This document shows positions 51,150 to 62,230 of a DNA stretch of 64,000 bases, piece after piece. Positions within the stretch are counted from its first letter, which is position 1. Each line of letters opens with the position of its first letter. The notes beneath the pieces were generated by a model. It was not told where the DNA came from. It saw only the letters and a program-made list of their open reading frames with translations, and searched no databases. Source of the DNA: Oculina patagonica (lineage: Eukaryota); assembly GCF_052425735.1 (NCBI RefSeq), contig NC_135760.1, positions 25,606,001 to 25,670,000 on the forward strand, given 5' to 3'. A program made the translations under genes and the position numbers.

Positions 51150-52367
51150 TCACAATTTGTCTAGTTTAAGTAGATCACAGAACTTGTTGCATATGTGCTC
51201 GGTCTTGAATTTTTCTATGGCCTGTGATGAGAGGTTTCCGCAACAGAAAAAGATGGATTGGTCTGCATTGTCCAGAAGTTCAGAAGTTGCTATTTCCGGA
51301 TCAAATAGGGTATAATCGACCCCTTGAATGTCGACGACCATGAGCTGCTTTCCTGATTTACAATAGGTATAATGCGAAAATGTCTCCGCCTTGCAGCTTA
51401 CCTCGCCACCGTCGCCACACACTTCTCCAGTGTTATTCACATGCTTCTCAAACGCGCCCTCGATATAGGGCTCTACTGTAACACATTGGCCATAAAGCTT
51501 TCCAAAGTAAACTTTGGTGTAACGAAGGGTGGACCCATACTCAACTGGGGCTTCTGCAGCAAGCGCTAGCCGTAATGCAAAGTTCCTTGCAAGCGCGTTC
51601 ATCTGGACCACTTTTCTGGTGTGGGTTTCCATCGAAGTAAATAACCTTTCGATCTCTTGTACTTGATCTTCTTTAAACTTTTTGAGCACGTATTTGCCAG
51701 GACTGAGCTCAGAAAGAGCGGTAGCATGGTATGCATCTCTAAACGCGCCACTGGCAAATTTTTGCTTCGACAAAGAAAACTTTGCTTCGCAGGGCTGACG
51801 CCATGATTTCTCGCCCAGGTCAAACTCTTCGAGTTGCACCGAAACAATGTCTGCTGTCGGTTGGATAAGCTTGCCGACCTTCAGCATGGCACTAAGGGGT
51901 ACAGACGCCGCAGCTTTCGTTGCCATCGGCCGGGCAGGCTTTTCTGGAGTTAGTTGTGATTTTGTTTCCCTTACCGACTCGAGCTCGGACATTTCGCTTT
52001 CACCATCACTTTTCTCGATGAAACGCACGTGGATAGCCTTCCAGTTAGTGATCTGGCTACTTTCTGTCCACGAGGGTCCCCTCTCGCCGGCTAAAATATC
52101 ACATTCCATGTGCTCAGCTTTAAAGAAGCGCTTACACGCCTCCTTTATGTTTGAAATCGTTGGTTCACATCCAAGGGGAACCATGGTTAGCGCGCCGATC
52201 CTGGCATATTTTTGATATCGTCCCTCAACATTCGAAGAGAGCCGTTGCACTGTTATGTAATCCATATCGCCACTGCCTGTCGATTCGTCCTTCCCCATTC
52301 TCTTTTTAGCGATTTTCGCCTTAAATGCACGGAATTCGTCGTTGGTTCGCCTTCCTCTTTTTGACAT
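51150..52367 (-). CDS. Intronless alpha-kinase (eEF2K/MHCK/TRPM7/ALPK catalytic family), ~405 aa, transposon cargo
   Basis: FASGAFRDAY, YVLKKF, VEPYIEGAFEKHVNNTG, FSHYTY, VVDIQGV, LFDPEI, GNLS and the HICNKFC zinc motif. ATG in AAAATG context at 52367. Confidence 0.92.
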   Translation of the reverse strand: MSKRGRRTNDEFRAFKAKIAKKRMGKDESTGSGDMDYITVQRLSSNVEGRYQKYARIGALTMVPLGCEPTISNIKEACKRFFKAEHMECDILAGERGPSWTESSQITNWKAIHVRFIEKSDGESEMSELESVRETKSQLTPEKPARPMATKAAASVPLSAMLKVGKLIQPTADIVSVQLEEFDLGEKSWRQPCEAKFSLSKQKFASGAFRDAYHATALSELSPGKYVLKKFKEDQVQEIERLFTSMETHTRKVVQMNALARNFALRLALAAEAPVEYGSTLRYTKVYFGKLYGQCVTVEPYIEGAFEKHVNNTGEVCGDGGEVSCKAETFSHYTYCKSGKQLMVVDIQGVDYTLFDPEIATSELLDNADQSIFFCCGNLSSQAIEKFKTEHICNKFCDLLKLDKL

Positions 52368-55173
52368 TTTGCCGGTCAGAACCACGTGCGATTGTAAACA
52401 GAACCAAGCTTCCAGGTTCTTTCAAGCCGATGGCGTGACAAGAATGCAACCGTTGCATTGTGGGCTATGGCACTCATAGGCCATGATGCAGTTCAGTTTT
52501 CTTTTGAAAAACAAAACTGAGACGAAATAAAACAAAATAAAACTCGTTTTGAACTGAAATTGAATTGAAACTGAAATTGAATAACAATAATTTACAAAAC
52601 AAAACTATATCAAAAACTGAAAAGCAGTTAATACTGAAATCGAATAACAATAATTTACAAAACAAAACTATATCAAAAACTGAAAAGCAAACAATATATA
52701 ACAAAAATAATAATAAATAGACAATAAAATATGCAACACATTGAATCAAATTAGAAAATCATTAAAGAAGTCTTAAAATAATGTACAATTCTTCTGTGGC
52801 ACGCCTAGGCCACCATAGTGGTGAATATGATGCTAGTGATCAAACAGACAGGTATGTACATGTATGTATTTCATAGTGAACTTACTTACAATTCTAACAT
52901 GGTACTAGAGAGAATTTCATAAAGGTGTGAAAACCTAGTAACCAATTAGAAGTAAGCTTCCATGCCAAATAGGAAATAGTAATGCATGAAAGGATTCCAG
53001 AGGTTTCACTAGCCTTTGAAACAAGCAGTCTTTGGTACCTTCAAATTCTTGAAACTGAGGTTTCCTTTTGATTTTGGGAGTACTGGAGGCCAAACTTGTA
53101 TTTTTTGTAACTGTTTGTATACTTTACATCTACCCTTAGGGACCTTCTAGCATATGTCTATATCCCTGTCATTCAAAAGGAGCTCGATGTTTTCAGAAAG
53201 TGTGTGTGGAATAACCACAGGAGCAGGAAGCAGAGGGGAAAAGAACTTCCATCAGGAGTGCCTGAGCATATTTACCACTTCCCTGAACAATATGGTGGAC
53301 AAAAATGTGGCATCAAGGTCACAGAAGAACAGTTACTTGAAGTTGCTGAGTTTTCTAAAGTTCTTGAGGAAAATGATGATTATCTAAAGCCATCCGTCCG
53401 ACAAGAGTGTCAGCGACATGTACCAGATGCCAATGACATAGATCCAGAAGATGCAAAGGTTGCTTACCTTTTTCTACGATCTCATATCAATAAAAATGCA
53501 TTTTAAAACTGCTATATGAATTGGTCAAAATGTCCATAATTTTAAATTGGTTTGATAATATGATGTAATCCCACATCAGTTGGAGAGTTCATAGAAGGTC
53601 TGTGTTAAATTAGCCTGTATAGCTGCCCTAAAGGGGAGGGGAAAAGGGGTATTTTCCTCCCTCCCCCTCCCCTATGAGCTTGCTATGATGGCTAGTGCTA
53701 AATATACAGGTAAACGTTCAAAGTACCTACTGGTAACTTATATGACCTCATGCAGTGACAGGGAATTGTTAAGACATCAATGGAAATAGTGTATAAGGAA
53801 ATAAACAATGCTGGAATTAGTAAATGTTATATTAAAACCCCATCATATACACTGACAATTATATTCAGTAATTCTTGAAGTTGCTGAACTATCCCATGTC
53901 CTTGAAGACTGATGATTTTTTGAATCCAAGTGAACAAAGAGAGTGTCAGCAACATTTGCCAGATATCAATAACATACCTCTTTTTAAAATCGCATGTCAA
54001 TAAACATGTATTTTGAAATTGCTGTCTTGAGTTAAAGATAAGGCCCAGTAACAACAGTGGAACCCCGATATAACGATCTTCGATATAACGATATTCCCGA
54101 TATAACGATGAATATGTTATGTCCCGGCAATAGTAAAATGTATGGGATGGAACCCCGATATAACGATTTCTCGATATAACGATATAATTTTACTGCCCCC
54201 TTGGCATATCGTTATATCGGGGTTCCACTGAATTAACCTATTGTAGCTGATCACTTCCAACCAAGCTAGCACTCAGGTGTATGGTACCTGTGGCAGGTTA
54301 TATAATTGTTTTCATGGTTACTAATCCATTTTCACATCAAATTCTGTTGAAGTTGAGGAAGATTTTCATAACAAAGACTCTAGAACTTGCTTGAACTCTA
54401 CTTTTGTCATCTTAGGTTGTTCAACAGACCAGCATTTCATGACTTGCACATTGTATAAGAATTGTCTGTTGTTTTTTTTTTTTTTTGGCATCGAAAAATA
54501 ACCCAACTGCTCAGTAATAGTTCTTTTTCAGGAAACATTGCTTATTTGTAAACCTACATCCTCATGCATGACAAGGATGAAGATATGGTAAAAAAAATCA
54601 GATCATTCAATCAGGCTTCTTTCATAACTCCTATATAACCGTTTTTATTACATGCAATATACTTACAAAAGTGGCTTATTCAAAATTATCTGGATGATGT
54701 TTAGTGTCCTTTAACCAAGCTGTAGGCTAACATTATCTTGACAGTTTTTGACATGTCTTATAACTGGCCATGCAATCAGGTATATTGCTTGTTAAATTAT
54801 CATAACTATAAACTATAAACTCTAACATGTAACGCATTAACAAGCTATAACAATTAAAAGCTGAGATTTGATTTTTACTACAAGTCTACAAGTCCTTCCT
54901 TTCTTTTAACTTGTAGGTACATCAAAAAAAATTCCAGCCTGTGTATATATATACCTAACAGTTCTTTTATACGTAACAATTTAAATCTCGAAAGGAAAAC
55001 AATAACTCAACACCAAATAGAAAAACTTATGGCCTTTTCCGAAAAATAGGCAATGTGTGAAAACAATATTTTCTTTGCATGCACAGTTCACTTACAAAGC
55101 ACATTAAAAAATACTTGTATAAAAGATAGACAGTTCGCAACAGCATAATCAGTACTTCAGTTACTTACTGTTT

Positions 55174-56391
55174 TCACAATTTGTCTAGTTTAAGTAGATC
55201 ACAGAACTTGTTGCATATGTGCTCGGTCTTGAATTTTTCTATGGCCTGTGATGAGAGGTTTCCGCAACAGAAAAAGATGGATTGGTCTGCATTGTCCAGA
55301 AGTTCAGAAGTTGCTATTTCCGGATCAAATAGGGTATAATCGACCCCTTGAATGTCGACGACCATGAGCTGCTTTCCTGATTTACAATAGGTATAATGCG
55401 AAAATGTCTCCGCCTTGCAGCTTACCTCGCCACCGTCGCCACACACTTCTCCAGTGTTATTCACATGCTTCTCAAACGCGCCCTCGATATAGGGCTCTAC
55501 TGTAACACATTGGCCATAAAGCTTTCCAAAGTAAACTTTGGTGTAACGAAGGGTGGACCCATACTCAACTGGGGCTTCTGCAGCAAGCGCTAGCCGTAAT
55601 GCAAAGTTCCTTGCAAGCGCGTTCATCTGGACCACTTTTCTGGTGTGGGTTTCCATCGAAGTAAATAACCTTTCGATCTCTTGTACTTGATCTTCTTTAA
55701 ACTTTTTGAGCACGTATTTGCCAGGACTGAGCTCAGAAAGAGCGGTAGCATGGTATGCATCTCTAAACGCGCCACTGGCAAATTTTTGCTTCGACAAAGA
55801 AAACTTTGCTTCGCAGGGCTGACGCCATGATTTCTCGCCCAGGTCAAACTCTTCGAGTTGCACCGAAACAATGTCTGCTGTCGGTTGGATAAGCTTGCCG
55901 ACCTTCAGCATGGCACTAAGGGGTACAGACGCCGCAGCTTTCGTTGCCATCGGCCGGGCAGGCTTTTCTGGAGTTAGTTGTGATTTTGTTTCCCTTACCG
56001 ACTCGAGCTCGGACATTTCGCTTTCACCATCACTTTTCTCGATGAAACGCACGTGGATAGCCTTCCAGTTAGTGATCTGGCTACTTTCTGTCCACGAGGG
56101 TCCCCTCTCGCCGGCTAAAATATCACATTCCATGTGCTCAGCTTTAAAGAAGCGCTTACACGCCTCCTTTATGTTTGAAATCGTTGGTTCACATCCAAGG
56201 GGAACCATGGTTAGCGCGCCGATCCTGGCATATTTTTGATATCGTCCCTCAACATTCGAAGAGAGCCGTTGCACTGTTATGTAATCCATATCGCCACTGC
56301 CTGTCGATTCGTCCTTCCCCATTCTCTTTTTAGCGATTTTCGCCTTAAATGCACGGAATTCGTCGTTGGTTCGCCTTCCTCTTTTTGACAT
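55174..56391 (-). CDS. Alpha-kinase, second copy with identical protein (outer element)
   Basis: ORF-track translation is identical to 51150-52385. Confidence 0.92.
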   Translation of the reverse strand: MSKRGRRTNDEFRAFKAKIAKKRMGKDESTGSGDMDYITVQRLSSNVEGRYQKYARIGALTMVPLGCEPTISNIKEACKRFFKAEHMECDILAGERGPSWTESSQITNWKAIHVRFIEKSDGESEMSELESVRETKSQLTPEKPARPMATKAAASVPLSAMLKVGKLIQPTADIVSVQLEEFDLGEKSWRQPCEAKFSLSKQKFASGAFRDAYHATALSELSPGKYVLKKFKEDQVQEIERLFTSMETHTRKVVQMNALARNFALRLALAAEAPVEYGSTLRYTKVYFGKLYGQCVTVEPYIEGAFEKHVNNTGEVCGDGGEVSCKAETFSHYTYCKSGKQLMVVDIQGVDYTLFDPEIATSELLDNADQSIFFCCGNLSSQAIEKFKTEHICNKFCDLLKLDKL

Positions 56392-58819
56392 TTTGCCGGT
56401 CAGAACCACGTGCGATTGTAAACAGAACCAAGCTTCCAGGTTCTTTCAAGCCGATGGCGTGACAAGAATGCAACCGTTGCATTGTGGGCTATGGCACTCA
56501 TAGGCCATGATGCAGTTCAGTTTTCTTTTGAAAAACAAAACTGAGACGAAATAAAACAAAATAAAACTCGTTTTGAACTGAAATTGAATTGAAACTGAAA
56601 TTGAATAACAATAATTTACAAAACAAAACTATATCAAAAACTGAAAAGCAGTTAATACTGAAATCGAATAACAATAATTTACAAAACAAAACTATATCAA
56701 AAACTGAAAAGCAAACAATATATAACAAAAATAATAATAAATAGACAATAAAATATGCAACACATTGAATCAAATTAGAAAATCATTAAAGAAGTCTTAA
56801 AATAATGTACAATTCTTCTGTGGCACGCCTAGGCCACCATAGTACTGATATCATTAAAAATTTGGAAGAATGGGGACTACTTTCTTCTTAACCACATTTC
56901 GGTAAATCACTAGATGAATCTAAATTTCGAAATTAATTAAAGAAATAATTTAAAAAGGCTAAAAAGTTATTAAAGTTATTCAAATGAAAACGTTTTCGAT
57001 TCTAGTTTATCATCAGTGATAAATGATCATCTGTATTCAACTTGGTTTTGTGTTGTTATAATTGCCGAGGGGAACAGCTTGGCGATAAAACAGTGCACCT
57101 GTTTGTTTAATGTTGGTTTCTCGCAAGCAATCAACACGCTTTCCATTATTTTGCGTCAAAAAGTCTTTTTTTTCGTGAACGCGATGTTCCATGTGTATCG
57201 ATGATCAGTTTTTTGCGAGGTGGCAGGCTGGCTCCGAGTTATGGGTCTTATTCTCGTGCTCTGCTTTTCGCACTGCGAAATTACGTTTTGTTTCGCCAAT
57301 ACAAGTTTTGCCACATTTGCAAACGGCACGATAGATTACATTTGATTTGTGCCCGTTTTTGTCTTTGAGGTTAAAAAAACTTTTGATCTTTCGGGTTTGC
57401 CATAGAATAATAAACATGAAGCGTCAATCCGTAAAGATGTTCAGTTTGTTTATGAACCGTTTACTGATTCATTCAATCTTTCAGTGTGGTACTTACCAGG
57501 TAATAGTTCCAAAAACACTCAACAAAATGCACAATTGATCCATGAAACATGATGCTCATGATTAAACTGAAAAAAATAAACATACAACATCAGTTACATC
57601 TCAGTGCTGACAAAAAAAAGCATGCTAATAGAGTGAATTCGTGTAACCCGTTTTTTAAAATGCTAATGAGCCGCAAAATATTCCAATGTTTGAGTACAAT
57701 AAAACAATACACGAATGGTCAGAAAACCTTAAAGAAATCAGTTTAATTGTTTTACAGAAAATAAACAAGAAGTGCTTTTTCCTTCTTTGAACAATTTCAA
57801 CATGTTCAACTCCCTTTGCTATAAACCTATAGCGAAATAAAACGGACGTTGGTTCAAAACACACAGAATTTAATATTTTCGCGTTGTTGTTTTTCAGAAG
57901 ACGGCAAACAAATTTGCCAAGAAAACGTGCAAAGCTATTTTCCTGCTCATTAAACCTTTTGATTGTATAATAAAATTGAACGCTAAGAAATTTGAACGAC
58001 GTTTCGACCTTTCGACGGTCATTTTCAAGTTAGGTGTTTGAATAAAATATAGTAAAAGCGCTAAAATATGTACATACAAACAATAGACAATAAGAATAAA
58101 AAGGCTAAAAATGGCTAAAAAAATAACTTTGTGAAAATGGCATGCATAGTTGTAAAAGATATAATTAAGAACGTAAAGCAAGCGAATAAGACGACGAGAA
58201 TAAGAACATTAAAATACCTAAAAATATCTAAACACCCCTTTCACGAGCACCAAGGATCCAGCACTTTTTCTAAACAAATCATTTGTTGTGTATAAATTTA
58301 ACTGTTCCGGCTGCAATGCAATTACAATGAAAATAACAGAAAGAACTTTGTTTGAAAGAACTGAACACTAGAACAAAGCCGTGACAAAGACAGCGCTGTA
58401 TTCTGCCAACTGAACGACTTTCCGAACTTCCAACACGTCAAAGGTTTATTAGAGATGGAACACCTTAGGCACATAAAGCCAAGAAAATTGTTTACGTCTG
58501 TCTGGCCGTACGTGTTTAGCCAATTAAAGCACCCGTTCCAGTATTTGAACAAAGCGGCAGAGGCTGCGGATGATTTTGATAAACGTTTTCCGGCTGTGTT
58601 TTTTCGGAGGAGTGTAGACAAAAAACAAAAAGGCACAAGCGTGGGCTCGAGTATCGAAAGTTGCCGAGTGAAAGGAGTCGAGAACAAAGCTTTCTAACTA
58701 GTAAACATCGTGTTCTTATGCCTGAGTTGATGCTTATGTTGACGTTCGTTTTCACTTGGCAAATACCATTTTAATATGCTTGCGTTTGTGCTTGCGTCGC
58801 TAGTAAAAGCAAGGCTTAA

Positions 58820-59213
58820 GCCTGGTTTTCACTAGCAACACAAGGGCAAACACAAGCGCAAGTAGTTTGTGCCAAGTCAAAACGAACGTCGACATTGGCA
58901 TAAGCAAAATCATATATAAGAACGCGATTTTAACTAACCACAAGGCTCAAATGCTCAGACGCAGGAAATCTGGAACGAGTGTTTTTAAAAAATGGCCAGA
59001 GACGACCAGACGTCGTAAATTTCCTTGTGCTTATGCGGTGTTTCGTTGTCACACGGCATAACGCGAATGCAAGCACAAGCACAACAAAAAGTAAAAAAAA
59101 TCAATATTTGTGTTTGTGCTTGCATCGAGGCCATTTTCACGGTAAAACAAGAGCTGTTATGTGTTTGCGTCTGTGCTTGCGCTTGTGCTTGTGTCGCTAA
59201 TGAAAACCAGGCT
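58820..59213. mobile_element. Harbinger-like MITE (GCCTGGTTTTCA...TGAAAACCAGGC)
   Basis: TIRs, TAA/TTA flanks and GCACAA/TGTGCT subterminal repeats. Confidence 0.7.
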
Positions 59214-59217
59214 TTAA

Positions 59218-60173
59218 GGTCGCGGGGGATACCAACAGCATGAATAAATTCATGAAGGGAAATTTTGCTTGACCTGCATCTTTTAAAACGCTTATTTCTA
59301 TGCTGTTAGGGTGCGATTAAGCTCAAAATTTACAGAGACATAACGAAATGATGAATGATTGTGAATGTCATCTTTTATTTGGTAGATTGCATTTTACGGC
59401 GATGTTATAGCCTCGTTAGTGCCAAATTGGGAAAAACATGATTTTGTGGCAGAGTTTGCGGAACGAGTAGAAGACAGCACACTGCGATTTTGTCAAAAAC
59501 TAATCAGTCAATACCTCTAGAGTGTCATAACAGAAGCGGATTTTTTAATTTAAAGTTTGCCAGCAAGTTATGGCGGTTTAAGTGCGCAAATTTGAATTTA
59601 ATGTCTTCTACCTCTTTCTAAAAGCGCTCTTTTAAAATTCCGCTTCTGTTATGACACACTACAGTATTCATAGTTTACCTATCTGCAGTGGCAAGTCATG
59701 AAGTTCTGTATCCGCGCTGTATTCTCTGCCACAAAATTGTCGGAAAAGTCCAAACTTTGAGATTTCCGAAGGTGTCCCGACCTAAATACGATCATTTTGC
59801 CAAGGAGAGATGTAATTATGGTAATTATATTCCACGCTTTTATGGTGAGAACAATGCGTTTTCAAAAAGAACACGATTGTTTATGCCGAATATTTTTGTG
59901 ATTACTCTGAGTACACTAGTTGCAAAAATAGTCACATTTAAATAAAAATAAGCTCAAAGACTTCCTACAATCTATATGAACGTATATCGCTAAGTGTTGT
60001 GTTAAATTGGTTAAAATATCAAAGAAACAGGGATTTTTTACAAATCACGCGCACGCGCCCATATTTTTCTCCAGTCATAAATATCTCGTAAAGCTGTCGA
60101 TGTCAGTCGTTGTACTTCGTGCATACGCTTTAAATAGATGCATAATGATGAGCCTAAGGTGTCCCCCGCGACC
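59218..60173 (+). mobile_element. Kolobok-like non-autonomous element, 956 bp, GG...CC termini, TTAA TSD
   Basis: TTAA|GGTCGCGGGGGATACC ... GGTGTCCCCCGCGACC|TTAA. Confidence 0.8.
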
Positions 60174-60189
60174 TTAATGATTTCTTCCT

Positions 60190-60420
60190 GGAAAATATTC
60201 GTAATTAACAACACCTTTATCATTGACATTGATCCTAACTGGAATCTACTATTGTTTAAAGAGGCATTGTACATCAAAACCAAGTAGCGGCCTTAGAGCG
60301 AGCTGTGAATCTGTTCTTATTTAAATTATCTCACCTCTAGCATATTAATCTCTACCTTTATTCTGTACTTAACACCTGATGATGTTTTTTGTAATGAAAC
60401 CGAAATATTGTGTTTCCCCC
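60190..60420 (+). mobile_element. Penelope-like 3' remnant with minimal hammerhead-like motif (60371-60414)
   Basis: NWNLLLFKEALYIK-type C-terminus, then AACAC-CTGATGA-stem-GAAATATT-GTGTT. Confidence 0.6.
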
Positions 60421-62230
60421 CTAGGTTTATTTTATTGGCCTGAATATCTAGTCATTTCGGATTTTCCTTCATATTAAACAACTTCAAACCCATGCAAAAG
60501 TAGGTTACCAATGAAAAAATCCTAAGGTCAGACAGACAATTAACACTGAAACAACGCCCTAACAATCATTACCAGCGCATTTCAAAATAAGCACTTCCCA
60601 GGCGAAAAACACGTCTCACAGTAATGTACGTTTATCAAAAAATCTTCGGTTATTTCTGTTATTTTAAAGCATTAACCGCTAACGGCGGTCTATAAATTGG
60701 TAAAACTGACATACTGGCATTCTCCCTGCCTACCTTGGATAGTCGTGAAGAGAATGTTTCAGCGTTTCCTACAGATGGACAAAATAGCGTCTTAACTCAA
60801 GCGATGAAAACCTGCAGAAAATAAATGCATGTGAATTAACTGTTGGCCTTTCAGTATTTGAGTTCAAGAGGGACAAACTGGAAAAACTACTAAGTCTTGT
60901 AAACTGCTCCTACCTGTCTTCCTGTGACAAACCGACAGCCTGACTGAAACGAAGAGAACGATTAAAACTTCTTATGAGGGGTCCAACAGTAACTCAGTGA
61001 GCGTCTCACATGATTGGTCGTGAAAACAATAGGTATCGGCAGGAACAATGCACCTATCCCTATAAAGACAAAAGGCATATTGTTTTACAAGGCCACTGAA
61101 AATAAGAGCTCAGTTCGCACGAGGAACTGCTGTGCTGCTTGTGGGCGTGGAGTGCGTTGAAATGTGCTCTTTCTATTGGTTGTTGATGACATAATGTGTA
61201 AGGTGATTGACAACCGGTCACTGCTCTCATAAAAATTACGATGGCGATCAAGATATAAAATTTCCATATATATTAGTTTAGATGCAATTAAACAGAAATA
61301 AACGAATCTTACTTTCTTTCTTTCTTTCGAATTTATATTTATATAACAGGGCGTGGTCAATTTTCACAGGACGGCTCGATATTCGTAGAAAAAGTGTAGA
61401 AACTGTCAGAAATTATTAAAATAATTTTTACAGTACGATTATACCACTTTGCCCGAATTTCTGGATCTATTTAAATTAAAATTATCAAGGGAAAGGAACC
61501 CCTCATTTGGACAACGACAATTTTAAGGTATTTCAATTCCTAAAATTTCCAAGCGCTATTTTAATGACAATTAAAAATACCCCAAACATCATCTTAACAC
61601 AAGAATTGAGCTCGGCTACAATAATCTTCGGAAATCAGCGTACTCCAGTTAGTAAAACAGCTGTGTTTACAAAACTCAGACAAAAATTCCTGTGCGTAAC
61701 ACATTTTGGGCTCCTCTCGTTTTTCTGACAAGATCACTCCACACGCAAGGATTCTTGATATTCTTGTGGATGATACGTACATAAAAAATATTCATGAGCA
61801 TATGAGCATAAATTACACATAGATTTGATCATGAATATTGAATTATTAAGTGGCAGTTTCTCTTAAAGCGGTCCATCACATTTCGGGTTGGAAGATAGTT
61901 TTCCCTCAAACTATGCCCAGTGAACTATCTTAGGTTGTAAGTAAATTCAACGACTTTAGTTTTTGGAAATACGTTAAAATATATTTTTTAGAGCTATCGA
62001 CAGTGAAGGCTGCAAAAGGCCTAATTTTGAGCTTGGCCAGAACGAGAAATTTCATAAGTTAACGAGCTTGCCGCTCAAAAAGCTGCGTGTTAGTTGCTAT
62101 TTATGTAAACTAACGGCAACATTCAAACACATTCAAGTTACCAAACTACCCCTAACATTGCTAGCATTGCGCACATTGCAAAAAAAAAAAACGAGAAAAA
62201 ACGAGAAACAACGCATTATTAATGACTTAA

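Larger units (their letters stand above)
46137..52817 (+). mobile_element. Complete 6,681-bp IS3EU-type DNA transposon (transposase plus alpha-kinase), TSD GTGGTG
   Basis: 363-bp TIRs, TAT...ATA termini, 6-bp TSD (46131-46136, 52818-52823) and two convergent genes. Confidence 0.9.
40814..56841 (+). mobile_element. Outer (host) copy of the IS3EU-type alpha-kinase transposon, expanded to 16 kb by self-nesting; TSD GTACTG
   Basis: TATGG at 40814 and CCATA at 56841. GTACTG lies at 40808-40813 and 56842-56847. The empty site CCACTGTACTGATATT is at ~34874-34889. Confidence 0.92.

Noticed and set aside
40814-56841. LTR retrotransposon or prophage interpretation of the integrase
   Set aside because: Termini are inverted repeats, the gene has spliceosomal introns, and there is no gag, RT or RNase H.
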